Source: Antechinus flavipes (Eukaryota). Taken from it: DNA of 64,000 bases. The stretch lies in NCBI RefSeq assembly GCF_016432865.1, contig NC_067400.1, positions 426,746,001 through 426,810,000 of the forward strand, read 5' to 3'. The translations under genes and the position numbers were made by a program. Of the stretch, positions 1 through 13,029 are shown in pieces. Under the pieces are notes generated by a model. It saw nothing but the letters and a program-made list of their open reading frames with translations. It was not told where the DNA came from and made no database searches. Position 1 is the first letter of the stretch, and the number at the start of each line of letters is the position of its first letter.

Positions 1-29
1 GTGTGTGTGTGTATTATTTATGCATAGTT

Positions 30-150
30 GTTTGCTCCTACCTCCCTATTAGACTGAGAGATCCCTAAGAGCAGAGACTGGTTTTACCTTTCTTTGTATC
101 CTAGGACAGTACCTAACACATTATGAGCACTTTACAAATGCCTTTTGCCT
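30..150 (+). mobile_element. L2 3' tail fragment
   Basis: cctattagactgagag...ctttgtatcctaggacagtacctaacacattatgagcactttacaaatg resembles the L2 3' terminus. Confidence 0.6.
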
Positions 151-354
151 GACTGATAGTCTTCTATCTCCATGGCAAATACTCTCTGCTGTGATTTTCT
201 CATTGTTTTCCTCCTCTATTGTATTATTTGTTACTTCATTCTTGCTCATTTCAATGTAGTTCCTTAAATACCACAAAATTAAACTGGTAGAACAAGTTTT
301 TTAAAAAGGGACATATTTATTAATATTTATTTGTTATCATTTTTTTCTTTATAG

Positions 355-422
355 GCTACAAACTTGCATTTAATTATTTAAAAGGGAAAAGATATGTTGA
401 TGCCATTGATATATGTCACAAG
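355..422 (+). CDS. TTC21B: TTC21B/IFT139 penultimate coding exon (68 bp)
   Basis: Pyrimidine tract + AG (ttttttctttatag) before 355 and GTAATT donor after 422. Reads (G)[22 protein letters not shown], matching the recalled TTC21B C-terminal TPR segment [23 protein letters not shown]. Ends in phase 0, compatible with the next exon. Confidence 0.96.
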
Positions 423-2056
423 GTAATTATTTTTAAAATAAAAATAATTTTTACCTACAGTTTAATGTATTGAAACATTGGTGTAGTAGCAGTAACCTTT
501 TTTTGTGAACCTCAGGATAGACTTTAGCTACATTCTTTAACTATATTATAACTATCATAAGTAAGCACAGTAAAACACTGTTATCCATCATTGCTGGGAA
601 ATGGAACATTCTCATCATCGTAAATACTCAATATTCCCTAAATACCTAATACAAATTTTCACAAAGATTAGGATATGATAAAATGCACTTAACACTAAAA
701 GTATCTTAAGCACAGTTTTATAAATCTTTGAAGATTCAAAAGGTATATCATTAACGTATTGTAGAATCTCAAGCTCTTCACTTTTGTTGTTGAGGTGCTT
801 AAATGTTAACAAAGTTCAGATGAACAGAATTCTGGGTGATAAAGTTTGCTTCATTTTAGTAATATTTTGGATTGAAATTAAATTACTCCTCTTTGTGGTA
901 CTGAAATGTAATTATGACAAATAAATAGTGTTTATCATTTTTGCTGTGTTATCCAGGCTCTGGAGGAATTTGACACTTCTAAATCACTCATCTTTTTCAT
1001 ATAAAAAAATTCCTAAGATCATGAAATTGAGACATAATGACTGATATTTTATGGTGATTCCTTCACTTATTTTATCTCATTAATGCCCTTAGACTCATAT
1101 AATAACTAACACTACTAATAACTTGTCTTATTAAATATGCTGCTTTGTTCCTAAGGAAAAAAACATGATAACAGTATGCAATAGAAAAATAAAAGTTGGA
1201 TCACAGTATCTGAGCAAATTGACATGTTTATTTGAAGGCAAATGTTTTTATTTCAATTCTTGTTGTTAAAACTTTTTAAAAATATTAGTTTATTTTCATT
1301 CTTTAACAAGTACAGCATAATGAATATAATTAATTCCTTTTTAATAACTGAGGTCTTTTCAGTGCCCAGGGTGATTATTCATAACAGTCCTTGTAATTCA
1401 GTTCTATAGTTGTTGAATGTATAAGAGAAAAAAGTACAATATATACTGCTCCCAGGATATGGCCTAGAAAGTTTTGTGTTATTTTTTTTAAATGAACTTT
1501 TGACATTATTTTCTTAGGATTTGATTCTTCTAAATGTGGGGAAAATATAATGGAGAATAAAAAGTTCTGTTTAAAATTTGTTTGATTAAGTTTTTACTAC
1601 ATTAAAAATTGTTTTGATTATTGTAGTTTCAGAGTCAGGAATAAAGTAATGATATATTTGAAGGACATTCAAAGTTGTATGAACTGACCTTTTTCACTTA
1701 TGACTTGAGATGACTTCATTAATTTAATCTTGGTTTTATGAAACCTTAATTATGGTTGGTTAAATGTAAAATTAATGTAAGACTAAATAGTTGTAGTATG
1801 AGAAAATTTTTATCCCTTTTTCATAAAATATGCAGTAGAATCCCTTTGTTATTACCCTGACATGAAATTTCTTCATATTCAATAACTCTGAGCTTTCTTT
1901 AGATTCCAAATATGCTTAGGTTTCAAAATCTTTTGAAAGATATCCACCAGAAAATCATAACTTTTTTTGTAAAAATGAATAATCAGAAAGCTCACTTGAT
2001 TTCTTAGTTCTTCTATACACTTGGCAATTATTTTCATTTTTTTTTTAACTTTACAG

Positions 2057-2134
2057 GTTCTCAAAACACATCCAACTTATCCGAAAATCCGAAAAGATAT
2101 ACTTGACAAAGCACGTGCAGCTCTAAGAACTTGA
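2057..2134 (+). CDS. TTC21B: TTC21B/IFT139 terminal coding exon including stop codon
   Basis: Acceptor ttttttttaactttacag before 2057. Reads [25 protein letters not shown] (TGA 2132-2134), matching the recalled human end [25 protein letters not shown]. In frame with exon 355-422 across a 1634-bp GT-AG intron. Confidence 0.97.
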   Translation, partial: VLKTHPTYPKIRKDILDKARAALRT

Positions 2135-2630
2135 ACCTTATTCTCCCTAGATTACTAAATTGAAACAGACACTAAAAAAGAAATATGATTTTAAATTCTA
2201 TTATTATTAAGATTTGACTCATTTGTTTTACAAAGAAAATTTTTTTCAGCGTTGATAGTTATTATTCTCCAGCAGAGGCTGCTGTTGTATAGGAAAAGAA
2301 ACATTCAACTAGATATATTCAAGCATAGAGGAAATTAATTGAAATCTTTTACTGACTATCTTTGATTAAAAACTGTCTCCAAAACTATAACCTTCCACAA
2401 TTTGAAGAGCTGTTTCCTTTCTCTTTAAAATTTCTTGACAATCAAGTTAAAACAAACTTAATGCCAAAATTTTTAATGTAATATTTTTGTCTATTTCATG
2501 AAAATGCACTTAAGACAATGAGATTTCTTTTCTGTTAATATTTTTAAGCAGTTTCAATTGTTGGCATAAATCCAAATGTAATTTGTAAATAAATTTGTTG
2601 TAATAAAATTTTTAATTCAAATATCGTGTT
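2135..2630 (+). terminator. TTC21B: TTC21B 3'UTR with tandem poly(A) signals
   Basis: AATAAA at 2588-2593 and 2602-2607, followed by T/GT-rich sequence (atcgtgttcatcttcactgcatttttctttagt). The cleavage site is inferred. Confidence 0.6.
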
Positions 2631-2854
2631 CATCTTCACTGCATTTTTCTTTAGTCTTCTAAGAAACAAGATATGCTAAAAAGGAATTGTTCATTCTAAT
2701 GTAACCATATCTTTTTGTCTATGTGCACTTCCACACTTAAAAATAGAATTACAGAATCTCGGACTTCAGATGCCATCTTAAACAAGAATCCCCTAAAAGG
2801 CATATCAACTTCTGCTTAATCTCTACTAAGAAAGTAACTTGCCTAATTTTCCCA

Positions 2855-3050
2855 AGAGAAGTAGATGGTACAGTGGGTAGAGTACCAAGTCTGTCAGGTC
2901 CATTCTTCATGAATTCAAATGCAGTCTCATACCCTCACTAGCTATATGAGCCTACATGAGATTTCTGCCTTATATGTAAAATGAGATAATAAAAGTGCCT
3001 AACTTTCAGGGATGATGTAAGGGCCAAATAAGAATATATGTAAAGCATTT
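2855..3050 (+). mobile_element. MIR/MAR1-type SINE
   Basis: ggtacagtgggtagag head, core remnant, and tgtaaaatgagataat...gtaaagcattt tail. Confidence 0.6.
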
Positions 3051-3139
3051 AGTAGTAATAGCAGTAGTGGTGGTAATATTATAACAGACTTTTTTTTTTT
3101 TTTACATCCTACTAAATCTGCCCCTGCATCTACTACTCC

Positions 3140-3245
3140 TAGTTCTGACCCATAAGGCCAAGGAAAAGGAACCAAAACCTTCCCCACATAGAAGCCCTTC
3201 AAATACTTGAAGACAGCTATATATCTTCCATAAGAATTTGCCATC
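3140..3245 (-). mobile_element. CR1/L3 3' fragment
   Basis: agcccttcaaatacttgaagacagctat is the reverse complement of the CR1 ORF2 end motif (…AVFKYLKG…), also seen in ORF 2999..3244. Confidence 0.6.
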
Positions 3246-4261
3246 TTAGAATCATTAAAAGATTACTGCATCAAAACTTCAGATGCAGTAAACTGCATAA
3301 TAATCCAGTAAATCAGAGTATAAATTTATAAATCACCAATGGAAACCTTGCCAGTTGTTTGTATTTTAGAAGATGGAAGGGCACCTAAAAATCATTTAGT
3401 TTTACTTGTTTTTGAAGTACTAAACAAAAAAAATGAAATGTAGGTTATACTACTTACCTTTATATGACTTGATGTCCGTCCTCAAAAACACCATAACAAT
3501 ATACCAAGGCTGAATAGAGACTAATAATAAGTTTAGCTGATGGAAAAGTACAAAGAATCACTTCAGATCTCAAATTAGAAGTGTTAAGACAATTGTAAAC
3601 TAGTTAACAAAATGTAGCCACATAACTAGAGTTTTACACGTTTCTACTTGTATTGTGGGAATAAAATGTGAGTTTTATTATTTAAGAGAAATTTCTGGTA
3701 CTATATTCAGTTTTCACTTTCAGCTTTTATTTTATAACATTGTTTGAACATATTAACTAAATCCTTTCTCAAATATTGTTTAAAGGGAAGTATGTCAGTA
3801 CAGTGTACAAAGAAAATATGCCTTTGGTTATTAAGGACTTAAAAAAAAACAAAGTTATGTATCTGCTATATGGGGAAAAATTATTTAGTGGTAGGATAAA
3901 TGTGTACACAGGAATATGGCCCTGAGTTTTTCTAAATATCCATGAAATTAAAGATGCTGGGTGAGGTCTCCTAGATTCTCCTATAGATAAGTTCCAATTA
4001 ATGTGAATAATGAATGAAAGTAGGCATATACATTAGAATTCAAATTTTTTGAAGTTACATTTAAAAATCATTGGTTTCAGCCCAATCATTGTATGGAGTA
4101 TGAATATGAATAATATGACTACCTCACAGGATTCATTATTCAAAATAATCAGGACCTAGTTGTTCTTTCATCTAATCTTACATCTACTCTCCCTCACTCT
4201 GGCACCACCAAGACCTCAGGACCTCTGCAAAGACTACAGAAATACTATAATTGGTCTGTGA

Positions 4262-4390
4262 CTTCAAAAATCAAACATTTATTATGTGTTTGCTATATGC
4301 CATGCACTGTGCTAAATGCTAGGAATAAAAATGAAAGCAAAAAGAAGGGCAGTCCCTACCCTGAAGGAGCTTTCATCCTAATGATCAAAA
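4262..4390 (-). mobile_element. L2 3' tail fragment
   Basis: aaacatttattatgtg...gcactgtgctaaatgctagg...gtccctaccctgaaggagctttcatcctaat. Confidence 0.6.
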
Positions 4391-5804
4391 GTCCAGCTAT
4401 AAAACTCCATCTATTGTGATTTGATTACCTGGTTTATCAGTTGAGTATTGGTCACTTAACCAATCTTTGCTTGGTTTCCTCTGAGACTTGGAGATCCCTT
4501 CCAGTTTTCAATCTATGTGTTATTATAGGTAATATTAGTAACAATACTTAATTTGACAAGCAATCACTAGGCCTGCTAACACTAGCATCGAACACCATGC
4601 TGGGTACTTTAGGAAGAAGAAGGGGCACTATGAAGAGGAAAATTATAGCAAAAGAAACTTTTTTTCTTCTAATGTTTAATAAAGAGGCCATAGTGCTTAG
4701 TGGTTGGAAGCCTAGACTCAAAAGTCAATATAATCAGAGTTCACAATCTATCTTTGACACATAATGGCTGCCAACACTCAGTCATTTAACCTCTTTTGCT
4801 CCCAGAAAACTGTGCTAGAGAATTCCTTACCCTAAGAAAAATCACAGGTCCGTTTAAAAAATGGAAATCATGCATTTTACACATTTCACTTCCTTAAACA
4901 GAAGACTTTGAACATAATTTGACTTAACAATTTGGGATCAAAATTATGTGTATCTCTTACTGAGTACAATAATACCTTCAAGAATTTTTGAAGTGTTTAC
5001 CCATCTAGTAAGATAGCCCCAGATTAATTTATGATTTTATAGACTGGGAGAATTTTGTCTTTTTTCAGTGTTTTTGTGAAGATCCTATGTACAAGAAAGT
5101 TTCAGACAACTTTTCTGCCCTATATTTAAATCTGTGGATATCACAGCAAGAAAACTGAGAGGTGATGAATTCTTCCAAGGGGTAGAGAGTAGAGCCAAAA
5201 TTTCATACAATTTCATTTAATTTCCTCTCCTACATTACTTGTAAAATTAATAGCATTTAACAAGGCATAAATCTGCTTCTGAGCTGAATGTAGAAAATCA
5301 TGCCATTGTGGTAGGAGGCAATTAAGGTATTTGAAGGTTTTGATCTCTCTCTACTGGCCAGCAGAGATACTAAAGCTTCACAGCCTTGCTCCTTTGCTGC
5401 ATGATCCCAGGAAATATAGCTCAAATAGAACTCCGCCTAGTGGCTAGATGCGATATTGCCCTCTGAGTTAATTCAACATCTACTTTGGCTTAATTTTTTA
5501 CCAAACCACCAACATTTCTACTAACCCTCACCTATGTTTCTTTGTCAGTTCTACTACACTTTCCTTTTTTCCATATTAACCACTAATGTTTTATCTTCTA
5601 GTGAATTCTCTCCTATATACCACACACACACATACACTAATACAAATACTTAAGAAATTAGTTATAACTCAGAAAAAAACTAGAGGCGTTCGGAAAAAAT
5701 TAACTAGTCTAGTTTATTCAATTAAGCACTTTGATAGAATAATGGAATCCTAATCCTAGAAAATCCTGGAGGCCATATCCAATCTTTTAATTTTTACAAT
5801 GGTA

Positions 5805-6070
5805 AGCTAGAAGGCACAGTGAATAGAGTTCTGGGCCTGGAGTCAATATATAAATATATATATAAATCCAAAGCCTGCCTTGGACATTTATTAGCTATGT
5901 GACTCTAGGCAAGTCATAAAGACAAATCTATATTTGCTTCAGTTTCTTCGATTGTAAAATGGGGATGATAATAGTACCTAACTCACAAGTTTGTTATCAG
6001 GATCAAATAAAAGTATTTGAAAAGAATTTAGCACAGCATCTGGGTGTATCATGGGTATTATAGAAATACT
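5805..6070 (+). mobile_element. MIR SINE
   Basis: Core agctatgtgactctaggcaagtca...cagtttcttcgattgtaaaatggggatgataatagtacc plus tail. Confidence 0.75.
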
Positions 6071-7055
6071 ATTTATTATTACAGAGAAAGAGAAACCCAA
6101 AGAGATGAAATATCTTGCTTAATATAATCCAGCTTGTTAGCGGTAGAGATGGTACTAGAATTAACATATCCTAATGCAATGTTCTATTCATCAGGCTGAG
6201 TCTTTTACAAAATTTCTAAATCAATAATCTTTATCCTGAAAGACCATACTGCCTCTCTTTGTGCCTAAAAATTATGGTATTTGTTTTCCTGCTGCTGAGG
6301 GATTTTTTCACTTCCTTCCACTTTTGCGCCTGTGGTTCAGTGGTTAAGATCACCGGAAGTCTGACCACTAAACAAATGAGGCAGCACTGTAATGAAGTAT
6401 ATAATAGTCATGGACAAAATAATGGGTGATACATAGTCTAACATTCTTCATGAGGAACAGATGTTTTTGTAGCAGAGTACTTTCTTCTAGCAATCTGCCT
6501 TACACTGTACATAAATGGTACTGGCAGAATGCCCATAAAGGCAATTTTATCCCATAAATGAGGAAAGCTGAGTAATGAGTAGACTCTAAATGTCTTCCTT
6601 TTGAGTGGTACAGCCCTGGAATATAGGGTAATTTTTAGACCATTCTGTCTTCAAATAGCATAAGTATTAATCTTCCTCAAATTTCTTTTATACTGGAAAG
6701 GAAACTTTAAAAAAAAAATAGTATCATCTGAAGAAGTCAATTACTATCTCAGTTTCCTCCAAATAGAGTTTAGTTTCATTTTTAATGGTTAAATATGTAA
6801 ACTTTAAAAATAGTAAGAGAAAATTGTGAAATGGCGACTTTTCTTCTTGCTTAAAAATGAATCCCATTATATATTTCAGAGTTAAAGTCAATTTTATTCA
6901 ATATTTATTCAAAAAACATTAGGTGCTTACAAAATTTATCACACTATGGAAAAATCAAAAGACATAATATCTTGTATCTACCTTGAAAAAAGTTATAATC
7001 TAGTAAGAAGGAAAGAAAAAAACAACTATAAAGCAAAGCAAAAACTTTGTTTCCA

Positions 7056-7320
7056 GGGCAGTTAGGTGGCACAATGGATGTAGTATCTGTCAGGAGTCAG
7101 AAAGGCCTGAATTCATATCCAGCTTCAGATTGGATTTACTAGGTATGGGACGCTGGGAAAGTCACTTAACCTGTATCTGCCTCAGTTTCCTCATTTGCAA
7201 AATTGGCATAATAATTTCACTTACCTTCTATGGTGGTTGTATGGTTCAAATGAGATATTTGTAAAGCACTTAGCCCAGTGCCTAGTACATATTAAGTACT
7301 TTGTAAATGTTAGCTGTTAT
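7056..7320 (+). mobile_element. MIR/MAR1-type SINE
   Basis: gggcagttaggtggcacaatggat head; core gggaaagtcacttaacctgtatctgcctcagtttcctcatttgcaaaa. Confidence 0.8.
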
Positions 7321-8064
7321 CATCATCATCATCATTAGTGATGTCTAACATTAGTGTGGTAGTGTAATGCTGAAATGAAAACATGGCTGTTGGTCACTTT
7401 TAGTTGCCTCCATAGTTATGTCCTCAGCCCATCCTCTTCTGGAGGAGCAGCTTTTCTTTTAAACAAGGCCAGAAAGAAAAATTATGAAGGCTCTCTCTTG
7501 GTACAAGTCATGGTTACCATGATGGCTAATTTCAAAATTCAAGTATAAATTGCCTACATATTCTCTCTCTGTCCTAGGAAATTGTAAAAATGAACCACAA
7601 CTCTTTTCTATAGCTTCCAAGCTCTAAGCTCTTATTATTAGGACTCTCAAAACCTCAGAGAAATTCAGTTAGGGGAGTGGTAATAGCAATGCAAAAAGAA
7701 GTCCCACAATTAAAGTGGTTATGGTAGGAAGGTATAAAAATGACTTTAAAGAGACTTGGAAGAAAGGTAGATCTAAGAGAAATGTCATGGCCTTAATACC
7801 CTGGTAGAGGACTGCAAGGCAAAGTTCTAGAGCCATAGTTATTGTGGAAGGGGAGTATATCCCCTTTTGATAAGAGGGGAAGTGTATCTGAAAATCAAGA
7901 CCCTTAGGTCTGTTTAAAGACGCATTCATAGGTCTGCTTAAAATGGTAGATATTCAGTAATCCAGTTCTAATGAAACTATTTTGTTTTATCAAATCATGT
8001 GAAAAATAGATTGCTTTCTTAGTTGATTTTTAGATATTGAATCATTTAACCACTTTGTTGTTGT

Positions 8065-8290
8065 TCAATCATTTTTCAGTCATTCCTGACTGTGACCCCA
8101 TTTAGGGTTTTTTTTGACAGATATTGGAGTATTTTGACATTTCCTTTTTCAGCTCATTTTACAAATGAGAAAACTGAGACAAATAAGATTAAGTGACTTG
8201 CCCAGTCATATAGCTAGTAAATATCTGAAGCCAGATTTGAACTTAATTCTTCCTGACTCCAGGACTCTATCTACTGTACTACCTAGCTTC
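8065..8290 (-). mobile_element. MAR1-type marsupial SINE
   Basis: gttgttcaatcatttttcagtc...gaccccatttagggtttt...cagctcattttacaaatgagaaaactgag...agtgacttgcccag. Confidence 0.8.
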
Positions 8291-8429
8291 CTTATTTAAT
8301 TGCTTCTCCTAGTGCTATTATATATTACTGGATTTTGACTGTGTCTTTATTTAAAAACCAAATAACTCTAGAAAGGACAAGGGTCACTCTCTAACAGATA
8401 ATAGTCAAATGAGTTAATCCATAACTTTT

Positions 8430-8960
8430 CAAATGAAATGCATACCATCATTGACCCCAGGAAAAAATGTTCTGAGTTTCTATTAATACAATACTTAAAA
8501 ATAAAACAAATTTGAAGTTTTATCTGACACGCATCAAATTGGCAAAGGTGGCAAAGGATAAAAATGGTCAATGTTAACAGGGCTGTAAGAAGACAAAGAC
8601 TCACTGATGATAAAACTGTGAACTGGTACAAACATTCTGGAAAACAACTTATAACTATACTAGAAAAGACATTAAAATAAACATATCCTTTGACCCAATA
8701 TTACTGAGTCTATATGCCAGAGGAAAATAATTGTAAAAATATTTATAGTGTATTTCTTATGGTAGCACAAACTATGGGGGCAATGAATAGTTGGGGAATA
8801 TCTGGAAAATTTTTGTTAAAGAATATAATAGAATATTATTGCATCATTTAAATAAATGGCAAATATAAAGAATTTTTAAGGTTTTTGTAACCTGACACAG
8901 AGCAAGTATGCAGAAACCAAGAGAATAATGTACAAAATGGCCATAATATTAAGGACAACA
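8430..8960 (+). mobile_element. Old L1 ORF2 3' fragment
   Basis: Degenerate match to the L1 C-terminal region (aaattggcaaag...actgtgaactggtacaaacattctggaaaacaac...atatcctttgaccca). Confidence 0.65.
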
Positions 8961-10341
8961 CAATTGAAAGCCATCAGAATTCTGATCAATAAAGTAATTA
9001 AGCTTGTCTTCAGCTGTCTGACAGTGAAACATGCCATCTTCCTCTCAAGCAAAGTGCAGAGGGAAGCATACATTTTCAAATATGAGGAATGTGTTGCTTA
9101 CAACATGGTTTAATAGTCAGCTTCCCTAGAGGCCAGGAAAACCTGGGTTAAAAGGCTACATCTGACATATACATACTTTGTGAATATAAGCAAATCAATT
9201 TCTATTTCAATGCCCCCAGCCATTCTTTTAAGACGATAAATTGCATAACAGATCTTGACCTACACTGATAGGAGGAATTTCCTCATTATAGAATGTCCTA
9301 TATTCATAAGCTCACAAGTCTAGTCCCTGTACTTCATTGGGAGGGATGTAGTCAGAAATTATTGGAAAGTAGCAATAATTCTTTTTTTTAAATATGAACA
9401 ATTTTTAGTTAGGACAATTGTGGTCAAAAGTTGTTGCAAAATAATAGAATTCTTTTTAAAAAACCAATAATTTTTTAAATATTAATTTATTCTTACTAAA
9501 TAGTAAAATAGCCTATCCATTTTTGACCATTCTTATTGACAAATCTAAAAAAATCCCTCAACTTCCAAATATTTCCCTTTCCTTTTTAAACTAACCAATG
9601 TTATAGAAAAGATGCAAAAGTTTTCAAGACCAATAGTTCAAGTATGATATAACATGCTGACTATTGTAGGTTCAGATAAAGGAATTTTTAAAAATTTATT
9701 TTCAGGAATCCTAATTTTTTTTAGCTTCAAATTAATTTGTTTCCCCCAAACTCTTGTCTGACTTTAGTTTGCATAGGTACTATACAATATCCTTAATAGT
9801 TATTTTGTTGAAGAAATATTTCATCCCCGATTATTATTAAAATAGAATTCTAATTTATAATAAATAGTAACCTTTTCCATTACACAACTATATTTTCAAA
9901 TTACTTTTTTTCTCTTCCTTTAACTGTTTCCTAGCTTTTTTCTTGAAAATAATAGTTTCCCCCCTTACATCTTATTGCTGCATGTGTAAAATATATATAA
10001 ATAATACTATAAATACTTTTTAATATGCATATCACACATGATTATATATGTGTAATGCTATTGTGTTACATATGTTACATATAACAGTAAATATTATATA
10101 TAGTACAATAAGGTAATAAGATACTGTGTAACAATAATATTACTTATGTATCAATAGTATTTCCTATTATACTCTAGCATAATACTATGTAATAATATAT
10201 TATATATGTATGTTTCATATACTATTTATATGCTATATATTCATCTCACTGCTTCAAAGAGTTGTTTTGAATAGGAGAGCTCTAGAGATGTTGGAGAGGT
10301 CAGTTGTGTTAATTTCAAAGAGCTCCAATCTTCAGTGTGAT

Positions 10342-10354
10342 GTTGCCTAGCAAC
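10342..10354. promoter_or_regulatory. RFX X-box motif 1 (GTTGCCTAGCAAC)
   Basis: Matches GTTRCY-N(1-2)-RGYAAC in non-repeat-looking sequence. Binding is not demonstrated. Confidence 0.5.
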
Positions 10355-10716
10355 CGGTCTCTTAGTCTTCTTCCTTTGTGGATGTAGAGAGTGGAGCTGA
10401 TTCTGTTTTCAGGCAGGGATGCCTTCCTAATATGAGTAGATTTTAGCAAAGGATAGCACACAAATAGCTTCATCCTTCCCTAATCATATTGGATCTTCAC
10501 ACAGTTTTTTTCAAACCTTAAAACATACACAGATATATTAAAAGGAAGTCAATTATATAAGATCTAACAGTAGAAGCTTCCTATATCCATAATATTGGGG
10601 AACATTCATAAAATGCTCCCTTTTTGGTATTGTTTCTTCCATGAAACCGACTTTTCCAAAATTCCAAAAGACAGTTAATACTCTTCGATGGAACTTGAAA
10701 GGAGTGCTAAGTATCA

Positions 10717-10730
10717 GTTACTATAGCAAC
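10717..10730. promoter_or_regulatory. RFX X-box motif 2 (GTTACTATAGCAAC)
   Basis: 14-bp match to GTTRCY-AT-RGYAAC, 363 bp after the first X-box ends. Confidence 0.5.
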
Positions 10731-12047
10731 AGGAGCCAGAAGGGCATGTTTTTCTCCTTAGGTACAGCATGGCTGAAATTTGTTCAACCAGGGATCAGTG
10801 GTACTCAAGCAGCATGCTTACTAATTAGAAATAAGCTACCTATTTAAAAATATATATATACTCTAATGTTTTTCCTCCAAACTTCACATGAAAAGCAAGA
10901 AATCTCTTTGCAATTCCTGAAGCTAGTGACTGGATATACCAAAATTATACAATAAGGATATTGATGCATAGACACAGGGGAGCAAAAAACAACAAATGTG
11001 TAATAATGTAACAAGTAGAATTTATATAAAAATAAAAAGTCTTAAGAGTCTTAAATCGAGAAGGCACATTAGACAGAAAGAATCTTAATATGTTGTCCAA
11101 GAACCAACAGTATAATCTACCTGAGATTTTTAGATGATGATGATAGTGTTGGTGGTGATTGTGGTGATAATGACAAAAAAAGCATAATAATTTATATAAT
11201 TAGCACAGACTAGTAGAAAATAATAGATCAGTAGAACCTAACCACCTGCCCTTTGTTCTGTAACAGTTTAATTGATTGCTACCAGATGTCATGCAGAAAA
11301 CTGACAATCAGTCATTGTGGTTGAAGTTAAATATAATTAACTTCCTAATTATGTTCCAGTGGCCAACACGTATTTGATCATATGACCCAATATTTTGGGG
11401 GGAAAAGTAATATGACCCCATTTTACCGAAATGCTCAGGTCTATCTGTGAATTTATAAATTTGAATTTTCCCTATAATCAACATATTACAAGTCATTCAT
11501 GCCTGCCATTCTGTATGACTCAAATTTATTTATGCCTTTTCATAAGCTTGCAATAGAGAATCTAACCAAAATGCAGGGGGACTTTCTTCACATCACAAGA
11601 AGATACCATTAAAGCACTTGGGCTATTGTCATCCCTCATCCTCAATATCTCACCAATCCTCTGTTTTCTGTCATATATTTTCCTGATGACATCTTTTATT
11701 ATCATTTTTCTTTTTAGGTCCTCAACTTGAGTATAAAGCAGCCTATAAGCAGCATGCACTTTCCATGACTTAGTGTAAAATTCATTTTCACTGTTTTAGA
11801 GAGCTCTATTCCATGAATCACAGCCTTGTCATAACATTGATAAAAATTTACTATTAAAAAGATGGGTCTTTGTTTTGGGGGAAAACGTGTGATCATTTCA
11901 AAAGCTTTACAGTATCCTTCAGGCAATCCAACCCCATCTCTTTCTCCTATTTAATTCTAGGCTCAACTTTTTTTTGTATTATGTGTTGTGGGAATAATGA
12001 TAGACAAGATCTATAGGTTGTCCATCTAACTGCATGTAATCATTTGG

Positions 12048-12570
12048 TTTTTGTTTGTTTGTTTGTTTGTTTTGTTTGTTTGTTTGTTTTTAATAACTTT
12101 TTATTGATAGAATTCATGCCAGGGTAATTTTTTACAACGTTATCCCTTGCATTCACTTCTGTTCCGATTTTTCCCCTCCCTTCTTCCACCCCTTCCCCCA
12201 GATGGCAAGCAATCCTTTACATGTTGAATAGGTTACAGTATATCCTGGATACAATATACGTGTGCAGAACCGAACAGTTTTCTTGTTGCACAGGGAGAAT
12301 TGAATTCAGAAGGTATAAATAATCCGGGAAGAAAAACAAGAATGCAAGCAGTTTATATTCATCTCCCAGTGTTCTTTCTTTGGGTGTAGCTGTTTCTGCC
12401 CATTTTTGATCAATTGAAACTGAATTAGCTCTCTTTATTGAAGAGATCCACTTCCATCAGAATGCATCCTCAAACAGTATCATTGTTGAGGTATATAATG
12501 ATTTGCTGGTTCTGTTCATTTCACTTAGCATCAGTTCATGTAAGTCTCACCAGTCCTCTCTGTATTCATC
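12048..12570 (-). mobile_element. 5'-truncated L1 3' end with (GTTT)n tail and 18-bp TSD
   Basis: Marsupial L1 3'UTR, homologous to 58888-59656. TSD ctgcatgYaatcatttgg at 12030-12047 and 12571-12588 with one mismatch. Confidence 0.9.
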
Positions 12571-13029
12571 CTGCATGCAATCATTTGGACAAGAGACCTC
12601 CATTTATTTTTTTCCTCAGTAGGTGATCAGCCCAAACTCTTTTGAGTAGTTACAGATCTGTTCCAGGAAATTACAGTGTTTTGAAGCTTGATGCAATCAT
12701 CACAATTTTATCCACAATTTGGAGCTCTTGGAGAACCTCTCCATCCAGCAGGAGCCTTTCTTCACTTTAGACTCTGCTCCATATCTCTTCTATCACATCA
12801 ACAAACACTTCTGGAGTACACATGTCTTTGTTTTATGATGATTGGTACTTGAAGCCAGAGGAACATTAAGCATGATTATCTTTGTTTTTATAGTCATTAA
12901 TCAATCTTGAATGTTTTTGATGATGGGTGGGAAACCTTTTTTGTAAGATCTTGTAAGTAACATTTTGTTCAGCCAAATCATTTTTTATAATCATCAAATA
13001 AGTGCAAAAAAGGTTCACTAGATCCTACC

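Noticed and set aside
5428-5447. CTCF-like motif (ctccgcctagtggct)
   Set aside because: Only half of the core matches; the GCGCC/GCCCC side is degenerate.
6326-6400. tRNA gene (A-box-like tggttcagtgg)
   Set aside because: No B-box, T-arm or cloverleaf downstream.
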